From IMG/VR virus record IMGVR_UViG_3300025849_003344: 64,000 nt of DNA; one strand, written 5' to 3'. Shown here in pieces: positions 27,065 to 36,618 of this stretch. Source of the DNA: a virus. Its lineage: Duplodnaviria; Caudoviricetes. Under the pieces are notes generated by a model. The model was not told the DNA's origin. It saw only the letters and a program-made list of their open reading frames with translations, and searched no databases. A program made the translations under genes and the position numbers. How positions within the stretch are numbered: position 1 is the stretch's first letter; each line of letters opens with the position of its first letter.

Positions 27065-27487
27065 TCAGTGTATCTTATCTGAAGGTCCCGGAAACGATAT
27101 GATATTTCCTAATTCTGCAGAATCTAATCCTTCTTGATCTGACATGTATTGTCTAGCTTTTTTCTCTGCCGTCTTTTTAACGTCATCTTCGTTATTGTCA
27201 CTTGTAAGCCCTTCTAATGAAATAAAATACTCATTAATAAGATCTTTAGATGGAGCAGCTTCAGCCATAATATGTGAACATTGAATTATTTGAAAAGCTT
27301 CAGGTTCTAATTGATACATCATATAAGGGCGAAAGGCAAAAAATCTAACCCCGCTTGGATTCATGCTTTCGATAGCATATAGTTTAAGAGCTTTACGAAC
27401 TACAATAGCGTCTTCTTCTTCGTGAAATTCTACAACTTCACACATGACTTCTTCGCCGCCTGATAATTTAAATTGTCTAAGATCCAA
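27065..27487 (-). CDS. Conserved hypothetical protein between uvsW and gene 55
   Basis: QFKLSGGEEVMCEV N-terminus; likely TTG start after GAGGT. Confidence 0.75.
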   Translation of the reverse strand: MDLRQFKLSGGEEVMCEVVEFHEEEDAIVVRKALKLYAIESMNPSGVRFFAFRPYMMYQLEPEAFQIIQCSHIMAEAAPSKDLINEYFISLEGLTSDNNEDDVKKTAEKKARQYMSDQEGLDSAELGNIISFPGPSDKIH

Positions 27488-29003
27488 TTGGTACCTCAAT
27501 TATTTTATAATTAAACTCTTCTTTATTATATATTTTTACTCTTTCTTCGCTATGAAGGAGAGCATAGTTCTTTCTTCCTTTAGTATGCAAATCATCCGCT
27601 AAGTCAAAAAGTTTAGTAGCCTGTCCATTCTCCGATTTCCGTAATCCTCGCCCAATCGATTGTAATACTTTGATTTGTGATTTTGAGGGACTTGCAAATA
27701 TAATATTATGCAAATTCCGTATATTGATACCAGTGCTGAAAGTACCAAGACTAGCGACAATGATAGCATTTTTCTGACTCTCTGTAATTTCTCTTATAGC
27801 TTCTCGATCAGATGTTGCAACTTCACCAGATACATAAAAAATCTTTCTACCTTCTTCAGCCTTATTATTAATCATATCAAAAAGAGGCTTACCGTGTTTA
27901 TCGACATAGTTGAATAACACAAGAGTATTTCCATCAGTATCTAAAGCTAAATTTCGAATAAAATTATTACGTTTTTCATTTCGAACAATAAAGTCAATTT
28001 CATCTTGATAATTTGCTTTTCCTAAAGACTTACGAATTTCTTCATCATATTTAAGAACAATTATATTTATATCGAGTTTAGCAAGCGTGTTACTGTCTTG
28101 CAGAGCCTTGGTTGTTGTAACCCTATGGATTTTACCGAACAAGCCTTGTAATACAAGGTGGTGGACTTGGGCGTTGTCCAGAGTACCAGTTGTACCAATT
28201 CTATATTTTGCTTGACTACATTTATTCATAATGTCTGTCAGAGACTTAGATTTAAATCCATGGCACTCATCTCCGATAACCATGCCAAATTGCTCAAACC
28301 ATTCAGGATCTAGTTTATAAATTGACTGCCACGTAGAAACTACAATATCAGAATCTATGCGGTCTTTGTCTTTACCCGAATAGATTTTATGAATGCCTTT
28401 AGCGTTATATCCATAATCAATAAAATCTTTTTCCATCTGCTCAACAAGTGAAGTTGTAGGAACAACTACTAACACTTTATCGGCTTCAGGATAATTAACT
28501 TCGTTTGTTAAATATTTAAGCCATATTTGAGCTAAACAGTAGATAATTAAAGATTTACCAGAACCAGTTGGAGATAGTAGTACGCATCTATTTAAATTTA
28601 ATGCTTTCATTACAGCATCAAATTGGTAATCTCTTATGTCAATTGGCTTGCCACGAGATTGAAGTTTTAGATCTTTAATATATGTAAAAACATCATTTGG
28701 GTCTTGCTCGCTTCTGTCTACTAAAGATCCGTAATCAGATGATTCTACTTTTAGAGTATAACTATTTCTTTTACAAAATTCATCAACAAAAGGATAAAGT
28801 CCTGCCGGCAATTCTCTTGATGTAGAATTAAATAATCTGATTTTACCATCCCAGATTTTTCGTTTGTACAGTTTCATGTACTTGTAACCAGGAACGAAGA
28901 AAGAAAAATATTCACTTAAACCATGAGCAATACCTGCATCGCAATCTACTAAAGCTATACTTTCATTTTTCTTCCATATTGTAATATCACCCGCCACTCT
29001 CAA
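27477..29003 (-). CDS. uvsW: DNA helicase UvsW
   Basis: RDYQ, SPTGSGKS, DECH, GTTGT, LQSIGRGLR. Confidence 0.97.
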   Translation of the reverse strand: MRVAGDITIWKKNESIALVDCDAGIAHGLSEYFSFFVPGYKYMKLYKRKIWDGKIRLFNSTSRELPAGLYPFVDEFCKRNSYTLKVESSDYGSLVDRSEQDPNDVFTYIKDLKLQSRGKPIDIRDYQFDAVMKALNLNRCVLLSPTGSGKSLIIYCLAQIWLKYLTNEVNYPEADKVLVVVPTTSLVEQMEKDFIDYGYNAKGIHKIYSGKDKDRIDSDIVVSTWQSIYKLDPEWFEQFGMVIGDECHGFKSKSLTDIMNKCSQAKYRIGTTGTLDNAQVHHLVLQGLFGKIHRVTTTKALQDSNTLAKLDINIIVLKYDEEIRKSLGKANYQDEIDFIVRNEKRNNFIRNLALDTDGNTLVLFNYVDKHGKPLFDMINNKAEEGRKIFYVSGEVATSDREAIREITESQKNAIIVASLGTFSTGINIRNLHNIIFASPSKSQIKVLQSIGRGLRKSENGQATKLFDLADDLHTKGRKNYALLHSEERVKIYNKEEFNYKIIEVPIGS

Positions 29004-29430
29004 ATATTCTCCACTTAATCATATTGCCAATTGTTTGATGTCGCCAAGTAACGTTATTAATAATTTCGTTTAATGTTTCAATAATTGTTTTTAAATATTC
29101 TATTTTCTCAACAGAGTGCTGTATTTCCGGATCTGCATCGTAGTAATAATCCATTTCGCCTTTGAGTATCTTAAGCCCATCAAAAGGGTCCGGCTTCCAG
29201 CCTTTTTCACCAATTTCACTTTGATCCATTTTGCCATTGTAATAAAGCCACTTGTCCTTAAGCAATATTTTCTGGTTCTGTTCAGCCTTTTTTAGGCGAA
29301 GTTTTGTTGTTGAAAGAAGTTCTAAATATTTTGCATGAAGCATGGGAGTTTGTCTAGAAGATTCATCTAAACTAGTTTGACCAATAACACAGTCGCTCGA
29401 CCACATGTCGAGAATCATTTTTAAATCCAT
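28987..29430 (-). CDS. uvsY: Recombination mediator UvsY
   Basis: LHAKYL, KWLYYNGK, YYDADPEI, IGNMIKWRIFESG. Confidence 0.93.
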   Translation of the reverse strand: MDLKMILDMWSSDCVIGQTSLDESSRQTPMLHAKYLELLSTTKLRLKKAEQNQKILLKDKWLYYNGKMDQSEIGEKGWKPDPFDGLKILKGEMDYYYDADPEIQHSVEKIEYLKTIIETLNEIINNVTWRHQTIGNMIKWRIFESGG

Positions 29431-29444
29431 AATATATCCTAAGG

Positions 29445-29981
29445 TTATTCAATTTCAAAGTATGAGAACCTAAACGAAATGGGGAATGTCATATACTGAA
29501 CATCTCCAGCCGCGGCTTCAAAAGCAATATCTCCTAATAGAGTGGGCACTGCATCTCTATATATTATCTTCTTCGCTATGTTATTATGGCTAGTCAATAT
29601 AGAAAGACTAATATCAGCAGTTGAAGGACCCTTTGCTCCGTTCTCTGCCTCTGCAGGTTTTACGTCTGGCGCTTCTACAAATGATTTCAGCCACTCATAC
29701 ATTTCAGTATAAGCTGAAAGGTTTTCATCCATAATAATCATTGCGGTCATTTCACCAAAAACTAGTTTGTCACCAGTAAGAGGGATAGATCCAATTCTTC
29801 TATAAGGAACTTCAATAGCTGAAATTTGCATATCTGGGTGTTGTACAGACTGCGCAAAATATTCAACGTTTGGAAAATACTTACGGTTAATGCCTAACTT
29901 AAATCCAGTTGGCTGTAAGTAGTTTACATTTGTTGCAAGAGTAGATTCTAGAATTCCAGTTGATATAGTTGGTGTAGCCAT
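29445..29981 (-). CDS. 3: Tail tube terminator / tail completion protein gp3
   Basis: NYLQPTGF, FAQSVQHP, GDKL, MDENLSAYTEMYEWL; position before uvsY. Confidence 0.85.
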   Translation of the reverse strand: MATPTISTGILESTLATNVNYLQPTGFKLGINRKYFPNVEYFAQSVQHPDMQISAIEVPYRRIGSIPLTGDKLVFGEMTAMIIMDENLSAYTEMYEWLKSFVEAPDVKPAEAENGAKGPSTADISLSILTSHNNIAKKIIYRDAVPTLLGDIAFEAAAGDVQYMTFPISFRFSYFEIE

Positions 29982-29983
29982 AA

Positions 29984-30598
29984 TTAGTGTCCGTTCGTTA
30001 CGGTGTTATAAAACAACTTGCCAGAGAAATCTGTAGTTTTAGCTATGCTAGGACCAGAGTAACTGAATACCGCCGTACCTGGGCCAGTATCGTTACCGAA
30101 AATAGCATATAGTTTATAGTATTGGCCGTTTATTAAATTAAATGTGCCACTTCTTTCTGTCGCGCCATGTCTACCGCCATTTTGTACAACAGCATTATCC
30201 AGGTCTTCATTTGCAGGAGGTCCAGCGTCAGGTCCAAGGAAAAGATAACTGGCGTCATCTGAGTTAATAAAGAAAGTAAATTCGCCTGTAGCTGGTGCTA
30301 AGAAATAACCAGTCTCAGTATAGGTTGTACTCTCACTAACTGTTCCAGGCCTACTAACGCTAGTAGTAGCACCTTCAGCCGAGATAGTTGCCCCGCCGTT
30401 AATAATAACTGAGTCGTACGTAGGTTGGTCATCATAAGGTCCGGAACCTAGTTGTCCGAAGTAATTATTATAAGTTCTCTCATATACACCAGATGCAAGG
30501 GTAAGATCACTAACGTCATCAGCGACAACGTCGCCCATCTGTATATTCCTGATCATGGAAACTCCAAGACCAGATCCCATACCCATACTAATAGTCAT
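29984..30598 (-). CDS. Putative head fibre with PA14/GLEYA carbohydrate-binding domain
   Basis: GYFLAPATGEFTFFINSDDASYLFLG, NGGRHG, GQYYKL; N-terminal ISMGMGSGLGV peptide. Confidence 0.75.
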   Translation of the reverse strand: MTISMGMGSGLGVSMIRNIQMGDVVADDVSDLTLASGVYERTYNNYFGQLGSGPYDDQPTYDSVIINGGATISAEGATTSVSRPGTVSESTTYTETGYFLAPATGEFTFFINSDDASYLFLGPDAGPPANEDLDNAVVQNGGRHGATERSGTFNLINGQYYKLYAIFGNDTGPGTAVFSYSGPSIAKTTDFSGKLFYNTVTNGH

Positions 30599-30599
30599 T

Positions 30600-30863
30600 T
30601 TACCAAAGACCTACTAGGTTAGTTGCAGTAGTTCCGGTCGCATATACTCTAGACGCTCTAACAGGAATAACAGTACCGGCAACCACGCCACTCAACGTTA
30701 CGGTATCACCTAAAACCGTATCGATTTTGACATTACCTGCTCCACCAATATACAACGATCTAGTAGCATTAGTTAAATCAGTTGTGTCATTAGGTGTGAT
30801 AGCAGCCGCATTTTCTGCAGGTGACTCAAGATGCGGCGAATAGCTTTTATATTTGTCTGACAT
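30600..30863 (-). CDS. Head spike base protein (RcGTA Rcc01079-like)
   Basis: LESPA...ITPNDTTDL...RSLYIGGAG...GTVIPVRASRVYATGTTA matches the Rcc01079 pattern. Confidence 0.8.
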   Translation of the reverse strand: MSDKYKSYSPHLESPAENAAAITPNDTTDLTNATRSLYIGGAGNVKIDTVLGDTVTLSGVVAGTVIPVRASRVYATGTTATNLVGLW

Positions 30864-30888
30864 TATTTTTCCACTTTACCTTTAAATG

Positions 30889-30896
30889 TATTTATA
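30889..30896 (-). promoter_or_regulatory. T4-type late promoter for the spike base/fibre genes
   Basis: TATAAATA. Confidence 0.75.
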
Positions 30897-30897
30897 A

Positions 30898-30923
30898 TAA
30901 AAAAAGGGCCGCCGAAGCGACCC
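30898..30923 (-). terminator. Rho-independent terminator after gene 23
   Basis: GGGTCGC-TTCG-GCGGCCC followed by a T run. Confidence 0.88.
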
Positions 30924-30948
30924 TCTAGTTAGATTTTTCCTATTTGGC

Positions 30949-32277
30949 TTAAGCCATAATGTTGTCGACTCGGAAAATTCTGTAGTATTGGTTTGATTTC
31001 GCAGCAGCAAGACCATTTGCAGGTGTTGCACCGACGAATGGGTTTGAAGCCATGCCGTAGCGAGTTTTGAAACCAATTTTTGGCTGGAAGTTATCTTCAC
31101 CAACCGCACGAACCATTGTGAGCGGTACGTATGGGCAATAGAAGAGACCAGCGTCATATGGGTTTGTACCCTTATAACCAACAGTCACATAGTCAACAGT
31201 TGCATATGGGTCAATATAGACTCTTGTGCGACCGTTAAGAACACCAGCAAATGTGTTGCCTGTGTCATCTACGTTCAAGTTAGTGGACAGCGCTGGAGTG
31301 TAATCCAACATACCGGAAGCAGCCAAAGCAGAAGCTACGTCTGAAGAACAGATAATGAAGTTACCTTTTCCTCTACGTGTTTCTTTTGCAATTACGTTTG
31401 CTTCACGTTCGATTTGAACGATCAGGCCTTTGAATTTCTCAACAGACCAACGGCCATCTGCATCAGATGACATATCAAAGATACCGTTAACAGCTGTGGA
31501 AGCTTGAAGGGCACCAGTTTTGGCTTGCGAGTTGATTGTACGAATTACTTCGCGGTTGATTTCAGCCAAGATTTCAGTTGAAAGAATGTTGGCCAACTCT
31601 GTTTCAGCGTCAAGACCGTGAATCGCTTTCAAGTCTTGAGCAAGCTCTAGCGAGTACTCAGCTTTTAGCGCACGTGATTTCGCTGTCACAGTTGCTTTTT
31701 CAATGGTGAAACCCATTTGTTCGAAAGCATTGTTTGCGGAATCACCAAGAGTTTCAGCAGAGTCTGTTGTCATACCAATGTTAGCAAGATTGGTCAGACG
31801 ATCTGAGTCAATTGTGTTTGGTGAGTTAGCGTTAGTAACATCCAAACCTGAACCGTCTGCACCAGCAGCCGCAGCAGTTTTTGTACCTGCGTGACGCGCG
31901 TTAGCTTCGTTGAACAGAGCTTCTGTTGAACCAGTTGCACCAGAGTCGTAACGTGATTTCATCGCAAAGATGAGACCAGTTGGGCCGGACATAGGCTGAA
32001 CGCCAGCAACGTCATATGCCATTAGGTTTGGCATGGAACGACGAACCAATGAGATCAATACTGGATCCCATGTTCCGATTGAACCGGTGTTTGCACCAGC
32101 AGGAGCAGCTTCGGACAAGAAGCCATTGTGCTGTGCACGCTCTTCGCGCAGAGCAATTTCTTGGTTTTCTAGAATAGCAGCTGTAACTGCTTTTTTGTGG
32201 TGATCATTAATAGTGCCAGCAGACTCTTCATTAAGTACTGGCGCCCACTTTTCGATCAACTTATCGTAAGATTGCAT
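30949..32277 (-). CDS. 23: Major capsid protein gp23
   Basis: KWAPVL, GVQPMSGPTGLIFAM, RALKAEYSLELAQDLKAIHGLDAE, FYCPYVPL. Confidence 0.99.
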   Translation of the reverse strand: MQSYDKLIEKWAPVLNEESAGTINDHHKKAVTAAILENQEIALREERAQHNGFLSEAAPAGANTGSIGTWDPVLISLVRRSMPNLMAYDVAGVQPMSGPTGLIFAMKSRYDSGATGSTEALFNEANARHAGTKTAAAAGADGSGLDVTNANSPNTIDSDRLTNLANIGMTTDSAETLGDSANNAFEQMGFTIEKATVTAKSRALKAEYSLELAQDLKAIHGLDAETELANILSTEILAEINREVIRTINSQAKTGALQASTAVNGIFDMSSDADGRWSVEKFKGLIVQIEREANVIAKETRRGKGNFIICSSDVASALAASGMLDYTPALSTNLNVDDTGNTFAGVLNGRTRVYIDPYATVDYVTVGYKGTNPYDAGLFYCPYVPLTMVRAVGEDNFQPKIGFKTRYGMASNPFVGATPANGLAAAKSNQYYRIFRVDNIMA

Positions 32278-32294
32278 TGTTTTGGACTCCCAAA

Positions 32295-33347
32295 TTATTT
32301 GTGCGTCGATTTACGAATCGCGTTAATGTATTGAGCCATTGAAGTAGAAGATTCCATGATGTTTCCATCATCGTCTTCTGTTGTTTCTTCAATTACAGAC
32401 TCAACTGTTTCTTTTTTGAAGTATGATTCTTTTACAACTTTAACTTTTTCAGCAAAAGTTTCAGTGTCTTCGAAATCGATATCTTCCACAAGCTTCGCAA
32501 GTTTTTCAACTTGAGTTTCTGCTAGATCTTTAGACGCTTCACGAATTACTTCGCTTCGTTTCATCATTTCTAGTTCTTCTGAGACTTGAATTGCTTTTTG
32601 CATAGAACCGTTCAGAGCTTCTTCAAGCTCTTCTACTTCTGCTGCAAGTTCGTCAACTAGGTCAACTTTAGATTCAGGAACTTCAATGTAAGACTCGGTA
32701 AAGAGATCTTTCAAAGATGTCATAAACTTCTCAGCAATCTCGGTGCGTAGACCAGATTGTACTGCTAGTTTATTTTCTTCCATCCATCCTTCTACGACGT
32801 AGTTAAGGTAGCTGTCAACTTTCTCTACAAGGTCAGCCTTAGTAGCTGATAGTTCCTCTTCGAGTTCATTGGCATATGATTCTTCCAAACGGTCAATTTC
32901 TTCTGACAATTTAGATTTAATAGCTGCTTCAAAAATTACCGCTGTTTTAGCTTTAAACTCTTCGGAAAGAGTAGCTTCAGACTCGATTAATGCATCTAGA
33001 TCTTGAGAAAAATCAGCTTGATATTCAACCATTGGTTGCGCATCGGTTTCCAATTCTTCTGCAACAGTTTCGCCCATAATTTTATTGAACATGCCTGCTA
33101 GCTCTTCTTTTTTCATTTTGCTAGCTTTCATGTACATCGCATTAATCATACCAGCTTTAGTTCCTGGCAGTTTTTGCATAGGATCTTTGGCTCCGCCTTT
33201 GCCACCTGGCTCTTTAGCGGTTTTGCCTTTTCCTTCAGCACCTTTTACAGAAGCGATTGATTGTGCTTCTGCATTCTTAGGATCGTGAGCTTCTTCGATT
33301 TCATTCTCGTCGAGCTCAACATCCTGGTCTTGGATTTGATCAGTCAT
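32295..33347 (-). CDS. 22: Prohead core scaffold protein gp22
   Basis: LSEEFKAKTAVIFEAA, YLNYVVEGWMEEN; position. Confidence 0.95.
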   Translation of the reverse strand: MTDQIQDQDVELDENEIEEAHDPKNAEAQSIASVKGAEGKGKTAKEPGGKGGAKDPMQKLPGTKAGMINAMYMKASKMKKEELAGMFNKIMGETVAEELETDAQPMVEYQADFSQDLDALIESEATLSEEFKAKTAVIFEAAIKSKLSEEIDRLEESYANELEEELSATKADLVEKVDSYLNYVVEGWMEENKLAVQSGLRTEIAEKFMTSLKDLFTESYIEVPESKVDLVDELAAEVEELEEALNGSMQKAIQVSEELEMMKRSEVIREASKDLAETQVEKLAKLVEDIDFEDTETFAEKVKVVKESYFKKETVESVIEETTEDDDGNIMESSTSMAQYINAIRKSTHK

Positions 33348-33362
33348 GTTTTGACTCCTATA

Positions 33363-34022
33363 TTATAGTTTAGTTTTCAGTAACGAGAGGAAATTCTTAA
33401 ACTCACGAGTCTGAGTCTCATAGAGATCAGCACGTGGAGCTGTCTTAATTTCAGTCTCCATTTTTTCAATTTCTTGAGCTTCAATGAGGCCATTATTCCA
33501 GATCCAGTCAACGCCTTCCATAATTCCATTAACAAAAGCTCCTGGAGCTGATGGATCTTGTACGATGTCAATCGTATTAAGCATAAAGTCCTCTTTGACA
33601 AACATGGCATCACCACGTTTCTCAAGGCTACCCATACCACGAGTTGATACGCCTAGTTGTACGCCGCCTTCAAGCAAACCTTTTACGATTTGACCCATAG
33701 GGGTGTCCAATATGCGTGCTTTGCCCATCACATTATTGTTCTCAAACTTGAGGTCAGTAATAAGATGGGAAACTTTATCCAAGTTAACAGTAGGCCCGTC
33801 AGGGTGATTAAGTTCACCGACAGCTCTCTTTGTGTCAACTTGTTCTTTGGAGTATTTTTTTACCGCAGCTTCCATAATAGCTTTTGGGTAAATACGTCCA
33901 TTTCTATTCTTTTGTTCAGCTTGTGCAAATACACCTTCGATGGTATAATTCTTAGTACCATCTTCCTTGGCTTCTACCAAGCATTCAATATTTTGTTCTG
34001 TGTATTCAGCAATAAGCTTCAT
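33363..34022 (-). CDS. 21: Prohead protease gp21
   Basis: NRNGRIYP, GELNHP, LGVSTRGMGSL, DIVQDPSAP. Confidence 0.97.
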   Translation of the reverse strand: MKLIAEYTEQNIECLVEAKEDGTKNYTIEGVFAQAEQKNRNGRIYPKAIMEAAVKKYSKEQVDTKRAVGELNHPDGPTVNLDKVSHLITDLKFENNNVMGKARILDTPMGQIVKGLLEGGVQLGVSTRGMGSLEKRGDAMFVKEDFMLNTIDIVQDPSAPGAFVNGIMEGVDWIWNNGLIEAQEIEKMETEIKTAPRADLYETQTREFKNFLSLLKTKL

Positions 34023-34222
34023 TATTCTATTTCCTTAACAAACTGCATAAGCATTTTTTGCGCATGCCGTTTCGTATCATACGTATCTAATTTTTCACCG
34101 TCTACATATGCTTCAAACTTGTCATACTTTTGAATTATTTCAAGTTTGTAGCCCATATATTTTCTTTGAAAAACTGTACGTTCTTTTTTGACAGCTTCCC
34201 TAATCGTCCTCAGAGTCTTCAT
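34022..34222 (-). CDS. Small prohead-core protein at the gene 68 position
   Basis: Position between gp67 and gp21; 66 aa from MKTLR. Confidence 0.55.
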   Translation of the reverse strand: MKTLRTIREAVKKERTVFQRKYMGYKLEIIQKYDKFEAYVDGEKLDTYDTKRHAQKMLMQFVKEIE

Positions 34223-34487
34223 CGGCGTGTTCTGTATCGTCTTCGTCGTCAACATCTAAGTCATCCTCTTCAGACTCTACGTCGTCATCATCTTCTAAGT
34301 CTAATTCAAGCTGTTCTTCATCAGTGTCCTCTGCTTCCAAACCATTATAAATTTGACCAGATACTCTGATCCTCTCTTGATCCAATGCGTCGTTCATTTT
34401 AGCTGCCATAATATCTGCAAAAGTACCATTTGCCTTTGCTAAATCTTGATCAGTAGCTTGTTGAATCAATTGTTCAATATTTTCCAT
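34200..34487 (-). CDS. 67: Prohead core protein gp67-like
   Basis: Position after the portal; very acidic C-terminus. Confidence 0.65.
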   Translation of the reverse strand: MENIEQLIQQATDQDLAKANGTFADIMAAKMNDALDQERIRVSGQIYNGLEAEDTDEEQLELDLEDDDDVESEEDDLDVDDEDDTEHADEDSEDD

Positions 34488-34506
34488 AATATCTCCGTTT
34501 AACAAT

Positions 34507-34514
34507 TATTTATA
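34507..34514 (-). promoter_or_regulatory. T4-type late promoter
   Basis: TATAAATA upstream of gene 67. Confidence 0.75.
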
Positions 34515-34520
34515 ATAAAA

Positions 34521-36029
34521 CTATTCTTCATCTTGCACCGGAGCATCATTTTGTTCCGGTTCTTCTTCGTCTGACTGCTTTTCAACTTGTTTAATGTCAT
34601 CGTCATTAAACTGTAAAACATTCTTCATAACCCACTCTTTTGAGAAATAGTCTCCGACATACTGGCTAACTTGATCCAGTGTCTGTAAACGCTCTCTAAG
34701 TAGTTCGGCATCTTTTAGTTCAGTGAAATGATTATCACGTGTGAAATCAATAATAATATCGTTTTTCCACTCATTCCAATCATCCTCGGTAATTAAGCCT
34801 TTCATGATCAATTGTTTTTTTAGAATCTCTAGAAATAACATTGAAAAGCGTTTACGAAGTCTATCAATAAACTTTTGGAATTTAAGTTCGTCGCGATTAA
34901 TTTCTGTAGATCTGCCTAAACTAAATTGCTGTTCTTGTTCTAAGCGATTAATCGGAACATTGAGAGACCTATAAAGACGCTTTTGAAAATAGATAATATC
35001 GTCGATTTGACCGAGATTTTCTCCTCCTGGTAAAGTAGAGATCTCAGTTCCTCTACCTCCTTCACGCCGAGGTAACCAAAAGTCTTCGAGCATTGACATA
35101 TGTTTTCTGTCATCTCTAATCTGTCCTGTGTCTGCGTCATATACAAGTTTATTACGATAACGAGACATGATGTCTTTCATATATTGCTCAGATTTACCGC
35201 GAGGTAGGTTACCGACGTCAATATAGAAAATACGCCTCTCAGGCGCTCGTGCAAGCCGATAGATGACTAGTGAGTCTTCCATCATTCGAAGTTGATTGAT
35301 TGGCTTCACCGCTTTATGTAAATGCGATACAACCTTCTTACGACTAGCATCTAGTAAGCCTGATGTAACATAACTAACAGAATCGTTTGAAAGTTTTATA
35401 CCAGAAGTCTGTGATCCAGGTTTTTCTTGATAAATGTAATATTCGTCAATTGACTCAACTAAATTTGCTCCAGTTATCGGATCTTTCTTTTTCTTTATTT
35501 GTTTTACTTTACGAATCTTTGCAGAATCAATAGGTCTAATTTCCTGAATGCCTGCCTTAATATTAGATTCATTTACAACAAGATGATGATATAAACGGCC
35601 GTCAACATACCAACGTTTAAACATATCATGGCCGTTGTTAGTAAAGTCCAACATTGAAATAACATTGTCAAACTCTTCCGTAATTCCTTTTTTAATCTGA
35701 TCGGATACTTCAACTTTATCAAGAACAATAGAGACTGGTTGTTCTTGTTCTTGAGCTGATACAGATTCGTTAATAATATCTTCAATCGCAGCATCAACTT
35801 CAGGATGAGTTGAAATGCCACGGTATTTCATAATTAACTGATGATTATCCTTAGAATCATCTCCATCAATATTAACATATTGACCGTAATGTGAACCAGA
35901 AGCAGTTACGTATCCAGCACCATCGTCATCTTGACGAGGTACAATAGACTGTAACTTCTTGTCTTCTTGTTTCTGATTGGCTCTACGAATTTCAAAGCCA
36001 AAGATTTTTAATGCGTTATTATCGGCCAT
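34521..36029 (-). CDS. 20: Portal protein gp20
   Basis: FKRWYVDGR, SHLHKAVKPINQLRMMEDSLVIYRLARAPERRIFYIDVG, EDFWLPRREG. Confidence 0.99.
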   Translation of the reverse strand: MADNNALKIFGFEIRRANQKQEDKKLQSIVPRQDDDGAGYVTASGSHYGQYVNIDGDDSKDNHQLIMKYRGISTHPEVDAAIEDIINESVSAQEQEQPVSIVLDKVEVSDQIKKGITEEFDNVISMLDFTNNGHDMFKRWYVDGRLYHHLVVNESNIKAGIQEIRPIDSAKIRKVKQIKKKKDPITGANLVESIDEYYIYQEKPGSQTSGIKLSNDSVSYVTSGLLDASRKKVVSHLHKAVKPINQLRMMEDSLVIYRLARAPERRIFYIDVGNLPRGKSEQYMKDIMSRYRNKLVYDADTGQIRDDRKHMSMLEDFWLPRREGGRGTEISTLPGGENLGQIDDIIYFQKRLYRSLNVPINRLEQEQQFSLGRSTEINRDELKFQKFIDRLRKRFSMLFLEILKKQLIMKGLITEDDWNEWKNDIIIDFTRDNHFTELKDAELLRERLQTLDQVSQYVGDYFSKEWVMKNVLQFNDDDIKQVEKQSDEEEPEQNDAPVQDEE

Positions 36030-36047
36030 TTTTCACCTAAAGAGTTA

Positions 36048-36071
36048 GGGAGGGACGTAGTTGCCCCTCCC
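36048..36071 (-). terminator. GC-rich hairpin after gene 19
   Basis: GGGAGGGGC-AACTAC-GTCCCTCCC; weak U tract. Confidence 0.6.
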
Positions 36072-36079
36072 AAATAATA

Positions 36080-36607
36080 TTAAGAAGTTGTATTGGATGT
36101 CCAATATTGATACGTAAACTCAACAGTAAATTCTTCAATCTGATCATTTGCATCGTATGCAAGCTCGATTGGAGAAACGCCTGTTGGGAATGACGCAATA
36201 AAGTTATATGTCTTAAGAATGTTCTCATCTTTATCAAGTTGATCTACTTTGAGATCCGCCTGATAATCTGTAGGATTCACAAGACCAGTATTTAATGTGT
36301 GAGCATTAATACCATTCATCCAACGTTCCATTGAATCACGAATAGTGAAATTAGTATCGTTAATAATTGTCACTGTCCATGGTTCAAAAACACGATCGCC
36401 AGCCATTTGTAACTGTCTGCCTCTGAAAGGAACAGTCATTGCTGGAATCGTAGAACCAGGCAACTGAGCCGATCTACACATGAATGATGTTAATTCAACA
36501 TCACCTCCAGCATAAGCTGGAAAATTCAAAGTTGCCTTGAATAGGTTGGGGCGAGCACCGCCACCAGCCAGTTTTGCTTTAAAATCGTCTACACCTAAAA
36601 TAGCCAT
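36080..36607 (-). CDS. 19: Tail tube protein gp19
   Basis: GGGARPNLF, VPFRGRQL, AGDRVFEPWTVTI, EEFTVEF. Confidence 0.97.
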   Translation of the reverse strand: MAILGVDDFKAKLAGGGARPNLFKATLNFPAYAGGDVELTSFMCRSAQLPGSTIPAMTVPFRGRQLQMAGDRVFEPWTVTIINDTNFTIRDSMERWMNGINAHTLNTGLVNPTDYQADLKVDQLDKDENILKTYNFIASFPTGVSPIELAYDANDQIEEFTVEFTYQYWTSNTTS

Positions 36608-36618
36608 TTGTTATCTCC

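Noticed and set aside
34230-34340. GAT/GAA-rich low-complexity tract
   Set aside because: It is simply the acidic tail of the gp67-like core protein
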